Assembly: GCA_965223845.1 (NCBI GenBank) | Contig: CBDCXR010000004.1 | Span: 2,272,001-2,336,000 of the forward strand | Direction: 5' to 3' | Length of the DNA stretch: 64,000 bases | Source: Planctomycetota bacterium | GTDB taxonomy: Bacteria > Planctomycetota > UBA8108 > SXIK01 | In this document: positions 56,303 to 64,000 of the stretch, in pieces | Position numbering within the stretch: the first letter of the stretch is position 1 | How the letters are laid out: every line of letters starts with the position of its first letter | Notes under the pieces: generated by a model | What the model was told of the DNA's origin: nothing | Database searches by the model: none | What the model saw: the letters and a program-made list of their open reading frames with translations, nothing else | Made by a program: the position numbers and the translations under genes

Positions 56303-58426
56303 GTGTCGACGACGAGCGCTTCAACAACGAGATTCACGCTTGATTCGGTCGTGCGCCACGCGCGGCGAGCGTTCTACCGCCCCGCGCTCGTGCTTACGGT
56401 CACGATACTGTCGATCGTCGGCAGCTACGCCGAGTCGACGGAGGAAGAACTTGAAGCCGCGTTCTTTCTCGAGAGCACCTCGAGTGACATCGACGAGGCG
56501 CTTCGAGCGTACCAGCGCATCCTCGAACGAGCGGATGTCACTGTACCGATCGCCGCGAGAGCCTGGCTGCGGATCGGGATCTGTCACGCGCTGGCGGGAC
56601 GGGGTCGCGATGCGCGCACCGCGTGGAGGCGGGTGAGCGAAGAGTTCGCGTCCGAGACCGAGACCGTCAACGCGGCACTCCGCGCTCTCGAAGAGGCTCG
56701 AGATCATCCGGCGCGCTTCGCCCCGCCGGATGCCCTCCTCTACGTCGAATGGATCCGTCCGGAGGAACACATTCCCCATCTCGTTCGACTCCTTCGCGGG
56801 ACACCGTTTCAGAATCCGGTCGATGTCTACCGGTCGTATCTCGAGCGAAGCACGACGCGGAAGGTCACGCCCGACGAATCGGATGAGGGGGCGCACGTAG
56901 ACACACGACTTCCGAGCGTGCAGCGAACGGGTGCCGTGCGCGAGGCGTCGGCGGTGCTCAACGAAGGCTTTCTCCGCGAGCTCGGGAAGATCGACGGATT
57001 GAGTCTCGTCGTTCTCGATGTACCGGATGAGGAGCCGCGGCTCCTCGTCATCCTCGAGCCCGGAGAGAGCGACATCGCGCGCGGCCTCGTTCAGTTCACT
57101 CTCGCCGTGACGGGAGCGCACCTCGTCACGGATCCGGTGCACGAGGGATTCCCCGTGTTTCAGACCGTCGCGAGGGAAGGCGAGGGAGCGACGATCGCGA
57201 TCGGGGAGGACGTCGTCCTCATCGGAAACTCCGGAGAAGCCGTGAACGAGGCGATCGTCCGCTACACGACAGGCGGAGCTTCGCTAGAAGGCGTTCCCGC
57301 GTTTCGCTCGCGGCTTCGGCTGCGTCCCGGCAGTTTCGTCTTTTCCTACTTGAGTGTTTCGCACGCACTCGACGTCGTCCGAAGCCAGCAATCGGAGTTC
57401 GAGCGACGACAGTTTGACGCGGCGCGCTCGGGACTCGAGCTCGATAGCATCCGTGCGCTCCATCTCTCGGTGGCGCTCGATGTCGCTGCGGACGAGCTGA
57501 GCGTTACGGCCGAAACGACTTTCGAGCGCGACGGTCATCCGGCGTGGAGCCTCTTACGAACGCCTCCGGTCCGTCCCGGCGGAATCGATCCGCCGGGGCT
57601 TCGCGACGCGCTGGCGTCGATGTCGTTCGACATGCCGAGAGCGAGCGATTGGAGCGCAGCGACCCGCACGCTCCTCGAATCCTTCCTCGAGGCCGGCGGA
57701 ACCGCTCCGGAGCTGCCCGCCGACTCGGAGACGGGATCCGGCGACCGTAACGAGAGCGCTTCGGGCGAGACCAGATCGTCGGACGACCCGAACGCCGTCT
57801 CGCGCACGACCCTCGAGTCGGCTCCACTCGCGAACGCGTACGTCGTCCTCGACGAGCTGGAGAGCGTACGCATCGGCCTACGCCCTCTCGAACCGAGGCG
57901 TCCACCACTGGCGGGATTCTTCGCGGCACTCCGCTTCGCCACGCCGGAACGCGGCCTCGACGCGCTCGAACAAACGATCCGCACGACGGCGCACGACATC
58001 TTGCGCAGCCCGGCGAGTATCGCCTTCTCCGATCACTCTATTGAGGCGCGGGGAGAAACTCTGCCCGCGAGGCGATTCGAACCGCTTCCGGGCGTGGAGC
58101 TCTTTCTCGCCCAGCGCGGCGAGTGGGTGGTCCTCGCGCGCTCGGAGGAGAACGTAACGGCCTGGTCGGCCGACCAGAGCGAGACACCCGGCGGCGAGGA
58201 ACCTCCGGCGACGGGACCGAGCAAAGTCTTCCGATTTCACCCGGCGGCGCTCGTGCGTTCGCTCGCACGCTCGGAGATCAGAACTCCCACGCGCGTTCTC
58301 TTTGCGAACATCGCCGAGATCTCTGCCGTCTCGTACGAATCCGAGTCGCGGCTGCGGGTCGAAGGCACGATCCCGGATCTCGTCGAGACGACGCGGCGCG
58401 TGCTCGAGGGCCTCGCACGCGAATGA
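56303..58426 (+). CDS. Exported hypothetical protein (N-terminal TPR-like helices, DUF3352-like remainder)
   Basis: Signal-like segment; AWLRIGICH TPR-like motif; APPDALLYVEW; follows the response regulator by 4 nt. Confidence 0.65.
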   Translation: MSTTSASTTRFTLDSVVRHARRAFYRPALVLTVTILSIVGSYAESTEEELEAAFFLESTSSDIDEALRAYQRILERADVTVPIAARAWLRIGICHALAGRGRDARTAWRRVSEEFASETETVNAALRALEEARDHPARFAPPDALLYVEWIRPEEHIPHLVRLLRGTPFQNPVDVYRSYLERSTTRKVTPDESDEGAHVDTRLPSVQRTGAVREASAVLNEGFLRELGKIDGLSLVVLDVPDEEPRLLVILEPGESDIARGLVQFTLAVTGAHLVTDPVHEGFPVFQTVAREGEGATIAIGEDVVLIGNSGEAVNEAIVRYTTGGASLEGVPAFRSRLRLRPGSFVFSYLSVSHALDVVRSQQSEFERRQFDAARSGLELDSIRALHLSVALDVAADELSVTAETTFERDGHPAWSLLRTPPVRPGGIDPPGLRDALASMSFDMPRASDWSAATRTLLESFLEAGGTAPELPADSETGSGDRNESASGETRSSDDPNAVSRTTLESAPLANAYVVLDELESVRIGLRPLEPRRPPLAGFFAALRFATPERGLDALEQTIRTTAHDILRSPASIAFSDHSIEARGETLPARRFEPLPGVELFLAQRGEWVVLARSEENVTAWSADQSETPGGEEPPATGPSKVFRFHPAALVRSLARSEIRTPTRVLFANIAEISAVSYESESRLRVEGTIPDLVETTRRVLEGLARE

Positions 58427-58570
58427 CCGCAGGTGACGGAGGGCGCGTTTCTCCGGGGCTCCGCCGTCGCGCGCCGGAGTGGACCGCGGGTCGGCCAAGC
58501 GGGATAATGGCTCCTCTTCGTGCGAGTCCGTCCGTCCAACCCGCCTTCACCCCCCGGTTCGAATCCGACG

Positions 58571-61500
58571 ATGCGACCATCGATTGTTCTCTTCTCGGCG
58601 ATCGCCGCCTCGGCGACGCTTCACGGGCAGGTGGTCATCAATGAAATCCATCACTCTCCCCGCGACAAGACGGCGGGAGAGGAGTTTGTCGAGCTCTACA
58701 ACAATGGAGTGAGCACCGCCGATCTCTCGGGTTGGTATTTCTCCGACGGGATCAGCTTCACCTTCCCGGACGGAACGCAGCTCGAAGCGGGAGATTATCT
58801 CGTCGTCGCGAGTGACCCGGACGCTCTGATCGATCGATTCGGACCCGGACGGGTCGTCGGTCCGTTTGCGGGCGGGCTGAGCGGCCGCGGCGAGCAGCTC
58901 ATCTTGCGAAACGCGGACGGCGTGCGAGAGGACGAGGTCGACTACGGCGACGGGTTTCCCTGGCCAGTCGTCGGGGGAAGAAGCGCGCCCAACTACTCGA
59001 TCGAGCTCGCCCATCCCGACCTCGACAACGATCTCGGCGCCAGCTGGCGACCGTCGAACCCGAGTCTGAACGAATCGAACGCTCTCCTTCGTTCGCGCGC
59101 CGTCTGGCGATATCGCAAGGGAACGAGCGAGCCGCCTTCGACTTGGCGAACGCTCGAGTTCGACGATGCCGACTGGTCGGTCGGGACGACGAGCATCGGC
59201 TACGGCGACGGCGATGACTCGACCGAGCTCTCCGACATGCGGAACTCGTACTCGAGTGTGTACCTTCGGCACCGCTTCACCATCGAGCCGAACGGCGTCC
59301 CGGCGGCAGTACAGCTCCGCTTGTACGTAGACGACGGTGCCGCGGTGTGGATCAACGGGAGCGAGGTCCACCGCGCACACGTTTCGGGAGGCGCGCTCGC
59401 GTACGACGACTTCGCGAGCAACCACGAGGCCGAGTGGGAGGAGATCAGCCTCGGGAACGCGCCTTCGTTTCTAGTCGAGGGCGACAACGTCATCGCGATC
59501 CATGCACTCAATGCGACGATCGGCAGCTCCGACTTTTCCATCGACGCGGAGCTTCTCACCACCTCGGCTTCGGCGGCGCCGACCCCCGGACGGGCGAACG
59601 CGGTATTCTCTCCGAACATCGGGCCCCAGCTTCGCCAAGTGAACCATTCTCCGCGCGAGCCGGTGTCGGGGATGCCGGTCTACGTCTCCGTCAAGGCCAC
59701 TGACCCCGACGGCGTTACCGGTGTCACGCTCAGCTACCAGACCGTCGATCCGGGCGAGTACATCGGACTCAGCGACCCGGAATACCAAGACGGCTGGACG
59801 GACGTCTCACTCCACGACGACGGACTGGGCGGCGACGAGCTCGCCGGCGACGACGTCTACACGGTCGAGCTCCCGGGCGCTCTTCACGTTCATCGCCGTC
59901 TCGTACGCTTCCGTCTCAGCGCGATGGACGGCGCCGGGAACGAAGTTCGGGCGCCGTTCCCCGAAGACCCCGTGCCGAATTTCGCCTACTTCGTCTACGA
60001 CGGTGTTCCGTCGTGGACGGGAGCGCGGCGTCCTGGCGTTGCGAGCGTCGAGTACTCGAGCGATCTCCTCGAAAGCATCCCCGTCTATCACTTCATCACA
60101 GATCGACAAGACCATCTCAACGCGATCCATGTTCCGTACCGGTGGAACTCGCCGGACGAGGAAACGCCGACGAGCGGTTCCTACGGCGGATCCGATTACC
60201 GCTGGGAGGGAACCCTCGTCTACGAGGGCCGCGTCTACGACCACATTCGATTCCGCGCGCGTGGCGGCGTGTGGCGGTACTCGATGGGAAAGAACATGTG
60301 GAAGTTCGACTTCCCCCGCGGTCACTCATTCGCGGCGCGCGACGACTTCGGCCGGCGCTATCGGGCCCGCTGGGACAAGCTCAATTTCTCCGCACTCATC
60401 CAGCAGGGGAACTTCCGCCAGCGCGGCGAGCAAGGTCTCTTCGAAGCCGTCGGATTTCGTCTCCACAACCTCGCGGGAAACCCGGCGTCAAAAACGCATT
60501 ACGTTCACTACCGCCTCATCACCGGCCCAGATGAAGTCGGCCCCGACCAGTGGAGCGGCGATTTTCAGGGGCTCTATCTCGCGATCGAGCAGCTCGACGG
60601 TCGCTTTCTCGACGAGCACGGCATTCCCGACGGCAACCTCTACAAGATGGAAGGTGGGACCGGCGAGCTCAACAATCAGGGCCCGACCCACCCGACCGAC
60701 AAGAGTGATCTCAACGCGTTCAAGGGAACGTACGAAGGCTCTTCACCGAGCGCGAGCTGGTGGCGTGCGAACCTCGATCTGGACGAATACTACAGCTTTC
60801 GCACGATCGTTCTCGCGATCCACGACTACGACATCCACGCTGGAAAGAACTACTTCTACTTCATTAATCCGGAGACCGAGCTCTGGACGGTGTACAACTG
60901 GGACCTCGATCTCTGCTGGACGACGACCTACAACGGCGGCGGCGGGAGGGGCCCGCTCAACCAGCACGTGCTCGACCCGTTCGCCGAGTTTCGGCTCGAG
61001 TACCGAAACCGCGTTCGCGAGCTCCGGGACCTCCTCTTCAATCCAGATCAGACGGGAATGCTGCTCGACGAAGTGGCCGGTGTGGTCTACGAGGCCGGAG
61101 CACCGTCGTTCGTCGACGCCGACCGCGCGATGTGGGATTACAACCCGATCCTCGTCTCGGACTACATCAACTCGACCAAAGCGGGTCACGGGCGGTACTA
61201 CGAGTTCGCCTCGAATCGAACCTTTGCGGGAATGGTAAACGTGCTCAAGTCGTACGTCTCGTCGCGCGGAAGTTGGCTCGATTCGAACGAAGCGAGTGAC
61301 AGCGCGATTCCGAATCGCCCCACGATGAGTTTCACCGGACCGGCGGGATTCCCCATCGACGCTCTCACGTTCGAGGCGAGCGCGTTCAGCGATCCGCAGG
61401 GAAGCGGAACCTTCGGTGCGATGACCTGGCGCGTGGCCGAGGTCGATCCGGGCGACACACCGCCCTTCGATCCGGAGCAGCCGAAACCAGTCGAGATCGA

Positions 61501-62455
61501 GGCCGACTGGGAGAGCGGCGAGCTGACGACGTATCAATCGGAGATGACGATTCCCGCCGGGGCGCTCTCCGTCGGGAAAACCTACCGCGCGCGAGTGAAG
61601 ATGATGGACAACTCCGGGCGATGGAGCCGCTGGTCGGCGCCCGTCGAGTTTGTCGCCGGCCCCCCGACCGCACCGTTTCCGCAGCAGGGCGCTCTTCGCG
61701 TTACCGAGATGATGTACCACCCGGTCGAAGGCGTCGACTACGAGTTCATCGAGATGCAGAATGTGAGCGGCGCCGCGATCGACCTCACTCCAGTATCGTT
61801 CTCAGACGGCATCCAGTTCCACTTCGCCGGGAGCGCCGTCACGACACTCGGTCCCGGCGAGTACGTGGTCGTCGTCGAGAACGAAGCCGTTTTCCGCTCG
61901 AAGTACCCCGATCCAAACATCCAGGTCGCGGGCGAGTACGAGGGACGACTCGCGAACAGCACCGAGGTGATCACGCTCCAGACGGGTGGCAACTCGATCG
62001 TCCTCGAGTACGTCTACGACGACGCGTGGTACCCCCTCACCGACGGCGGCGGGCACTCGCTGACGGTCGTCGATCCGCTGGCCGACTCGTCGAGCTGGTC
62101 GACGCCGCTCAATTGGAAGGAAAGCACCGAACCCGACGGCACGCCGGGAACGGGTGACTCGGGTGGGCCGCTCGGAGGGATCCAGAGACCTGGCGACAGC
62201 AATCAAGACGGCGGGACGGACATCGCCGACGCCGTCGCACTCCTCCGGCAACTGTTTGGCGACCGGAATCTACCCTGTGGCGACACCCTCGGCGATCCGG
62301 GGAACGTCGCACTCCTCGACGTGAACGGGGATGACGGAGTGAACATCGCCGACGTCGTCTATCTCCTCGAGTTCCTGTTCGCCGAGGGTGCGCCGCCGGA
62401 GGGCGGAACGAACTGCATCCGCATCGACGGGTGTCCAAACGCCTGCGCGTTCTGA
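58571..62455 (+). CDS. Secreted lamin-tail + CotH kinase protein with C-terminal dockerin-like domain
   Basis: Signal peptide; LTDs VVINEIHH...EFVELYN and RVTEMMYHP...EFIEMQN; CotH motifs RARGG, FQGLYLAIE, DYDIHAGKNY, NWDLD; GDSNQDGGTDIADA / DVNGDDGVNIADV. Confidence 0.88.
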   Translation: MRPSIVLFSAIAASATLHGQVVINEIHHSPRDKTAGEEFVELYNNGVSTADLSGWYFSDGISFTFPDGTQLEAGDYLVVASDPDALIDRFGPGRVVGPFAGGLSGRGEQLILRNADGVREDEVDYGDGFPWPVVGGRSAPNYSIELAHPDLDNDLGASWRPSNPSLNESNALLRSRAVWRYRKGTSEPPSTWRTLEFDDADWSVGTTSIGYGDGDDSTELSDMRNSYSSVYLRHRFTIEPNGVPAAVQLRLYVDDGAAVWINGSEVHRAHVSGGALAYDDFASNHEAEWEEISLGNAPSFLVEGDNVIAIHALNATIGSSDFSIDAELLTTSASAAPTPGRANAVFSPNIGPQLRQVNHSPREPVSGMPVYVSVKATDPDGVTGVTLSYQTVDPGEYIGLSDPEYQDGWTDVSLHDDGLGGDELAGDDVYTVELPGALHVHRRLVRFRLSAMDGAGNEVRAPFPEDPVPNFAYFVYDGVPSWTGARRPGVASVEYSSDLLESIPVYHFITDRQDHLNAIHVPYRWNSPDEETPTSGSYGGSDYRWEGTLVYEGRVYDHIRFRARGGVWRYSMGKNMWKFDFPRGHSFAARDDFGRRYRARWDKLNFSALIQQGNFRQRGEQGLFEAVGFRLHNLAGNPASKTHYVHYRLITGPDEVGPDQWSGDFQGLYLAIEQLDGRFLDEHGIPDGNLYKMEGGTGELNNQGPTHPTDKSDLNAFKGTYEGSSPSASWWRANLDLDEYYSFRTIVLAIHDYDIHAGKNYFYFINPETELWTVYNWDLDLCWTTTYNGGGGRGPLNQHVLDPFAEFRLEYRNRVRELRDLLFNPDQTGMLLDEVAGVVYEAGAPSFVDADRAMWDYNPILVSDYINSTKAGHGRYYEFASNRTFAGMVNVLKSYVSSRGSWLDSNEASDSAIPNRPTMSFTGPAGFPIDALTFEASAFSDPQGSGTFGAMTWRVAEVDPGDTPPFDPEQPKPVEIEADWESGELTTYQSEMTIPAGALSVGKTYRARVKMMDNSGRWSRWSAPVEFVAGPPTAPFPQQGALRVTEMMYHPVEGVDYEFIEMQNVSGAAIDLTPVSFSDGIQFHFAGSAVTTLGPGEYVVVVENEAVFRSKYPDPNIQVAGEYEGRLANSTEVITLQTGGNSIVLEYVYDDAWYPLTDGGGHSLTVVDPLADSSSWSTPLNWKESTEPDGTPGTGDSGGPLGGIQRPGDSNQDGGTDIADAVALLRQLFGDRNLPCGDTLGDPGNVALLDVNGDDGVNIADVVYLLEFLFAEGAPPEGGTNCIRIDGCPNACAF

Positions 62456-62527
62456 CGCGGCGACGAGCCGCTCGAGAAACTCGCGTGCCGTGCGAGCCTC
62501 GAACGTGGACATCGCCCAGCATCGCCC

Positions 62528-63100
62528 ATGACCACCGATCCCGAACTCCGCGAGCGCATCACCGGGCTGCTTCGAGAGGTCCACGGCGGCGACCGCGAAG
62601 CCTGGTCGCGTCTCCTTCCGGTCGTCTACGACGAACTCCGGAAGATCGCCCGCTTCCGACTCGCCCACCTTCAGCCGGGAAGGACGCTGCTGACCACCGA
62701 TCTCGTTCACGAATCCTTCGTGCGCCTCGTTGGCAAAGACGCGGAGTGGGAAAACCGCTCGCATTTCTTTCGCGCGGCATCGATCGCAATGCGCGATGTC
62801 CTCGTCGATGAGGCGCGCAAGCGAGCTCGCCTCAAACGCGGGGGCGATTGGCATCGGATCGCGTTCGATGAGGAACTCCAGGCGACCGACGAACGCGACG
62901 TGGAGCTCCTCGACCTCGACGCGGCGATGAACAAGCTCGAAGGCGAGGACGAATCGCAGCACACGATCGTCCTTCTCCGCTACTTCGGCGGGCTCAACAT
63001 CGATGAAGTCGCGGACGTCGTCGGTGTGTCGTCGTCGACGGTCGATCGCCAGTGGCGATTCGCCCGCGCCTGGCTTCTGCGCGAGCTGTCACGGCGGTAG
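62528..63100 (+). CDS. ECF sigma factor, TIGR02999 / ECF43-like
   Basis: [63 protein letters not shown]. Confidence 0.93.
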   Translation: MTTDPELRERITGLLREVHGGDREAWSRLLPVVYDELRKIARFRLAHLQPGRTLLTTDLVHESFVRLVGKDAEWENRSHFFRAASIAMRDVLVDEARKRARLKRGGDWHRIAFDEELQATDERDVELLDLDAAMNKLEGEDESQHTIVLLRYFGGLNIDEVADVVGVSSSTVDRQWRFARAWLLRELSRR

Positions 63101-63105
63101 TCCCC

Positions 63106-64000
63106 ATGGCGAACGATTCGTCCGCACGCATTCGCGAAATCTTCTGGCGCGCCGTCGAGCTGCCGACCGGCGAGCGCACGGAATTTCTCGAGCGCGAGTG
63201 CGGTGACGATCGCTCCCTACGCGACGAGGTGGAGTCCCTACTCGACGCCGATCGACGCGGGGGGGCCTTCCTCTCGACGCCGGCGGTCGACTCTCACCGC
63301 GACTGGTTCGACTGCACGGAGGACCCCCGCGGTCACGACGACGGACGCATCGGACCGTTCCGAATCGTACGTCGCTTAGGGAGCGGCGGGATGGGAGTCG
63401 TTTATCTCGCCGAGCAGGAGAGCCCCATTCAGAGGACCGTTGCGCTCAAGGTCATCAAGCGCGGGATGGACACGGACGAGGTCGTCGCTCGGTTCCGCTC
63501 GGAGCTAGATGCGCTCGGCCGGATGAACCATTCGCGCATCGCGCGCGTGTACGACTCGGGCGCGACGCCCGACGGGCGTCCCTACTTCGCCATGGAGTAC
63601 GTCGCGGGCACGTCGGTGACGAAGTACGCCGTGCGAGAGAAACTCGGACTCGAAGAGCGCCTCCGCATCTTCGTCGAGGTCTGTGGCGCGGTTCAGCACG
63701 CCCACCAGCGCGGAATCATCCACCGAGACCTCAAGCCGTCGAACGTTCTCGTTGCGCGCGAGGACGGGCGAGCCACGCCAAAGGTGATCGACTTCGGTAT
63801 CGCCAAAGCCTTAGATGCTCGCTTCGCCGAAAGCGGGCAGTTGACCGAACACGGACGTGCCATCGGTACTCCCGAGTACATGAGCCCGGAGCAGGCGCGC
63901 GGAGATCCCCGCGACGTCGACACTCGGACCGACGTCTACTCGCTCGGCGTTCTCCTCTACGAGCTTCTCACTGGCGAGCTGCCGTTCGACACGCGGTCGG
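63106..64000 (+). CDS. Hanks-type Ser/Thr protein kinase (runs off the window edge)
   Basis: Open from ATG 63106 to the window end: [48 protein letters not shown]. Confidence 0.95.
   Translation, partial: MANDSSARIREIFWRAVELPTGERTEFLERECGDDRSLRDEVESLLDADRRGGAFLSTPAVDSHRDWFDCTEDPRGHDDGRIGPFRIVRRLGSGGMGVVYLAEQESPIQRTVALKVIKRGMDTDEVVARFRSELDALGRMNHSRIARVYDSGATPDGRPYFAMEYVAGTSVTKYAVREKLGLEERLRIFVEVCGAVQHAHQRGIIHRDLKPSNVLVAREDGRATPKVIDFGIAKALDARFAESGQLTEHGRAIGTPEYMSPEQARGDPRDVDTRTDVYSLGVLLYELLTGELPFDTRS

Noticed and set aside
63500-63512. Suspected in-frame TAG in the Ser/Thr kinase
   Set aside because: The kinase frame reads GAG-CTA-GAT (E-L-D); the ORF is intact and missing from the ORF track only because it runs off the window

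Overview
High-GC bacterial chromosomal segment, most likely from a Planctomycetota genome. This is inferred from the TIGR02999-type ECF sigma factor plus Ser/Thr kinase pair, the lamin-tail/CotH proteins with dockerin-like tails, a DUF1570-like HExxH protein and a stand-alone rpsD. It holds about 57 CDS (two cut by the window edges) and one tRNA-Phe(GAA). Housekeeping genes (folE, rpsT, rpsD, tsaD, nnrD, pgk, mqnB/mqnD, gph) are mixed with a cytochrome c maturation operon (ccmE-F-H-X-A-B-D), lutABC, a MocR regulator opposite a trans-sulfuration lyase, larB, an M16 peptidase pair, an OmpR-type two-component system and many exported proteins of unknown function. No CRISPR array, rRNA, transposase or integrase was seen. 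The best candidates for undescribed biology are: (1) a non-cellulosomal cohesin/dockerin system, with a small secreted cohesin+dockerin protein and a dockerin-tagged secreted CotH kinase; (2) a hybrid Ccm system with Cys-type CcmE, an atypical His-rich CcmH, a fused accessory protein and no local ccmC/ccmG; (3) several sequence-visible regulatory elements, including two roughly 300-360 nt structured leaders behind good sigma70 promoters, a 10-bp-phased repeat array before the two-component operon and a sigma54 promoter. All family calls come from motif recognition by eye, with no database searches.
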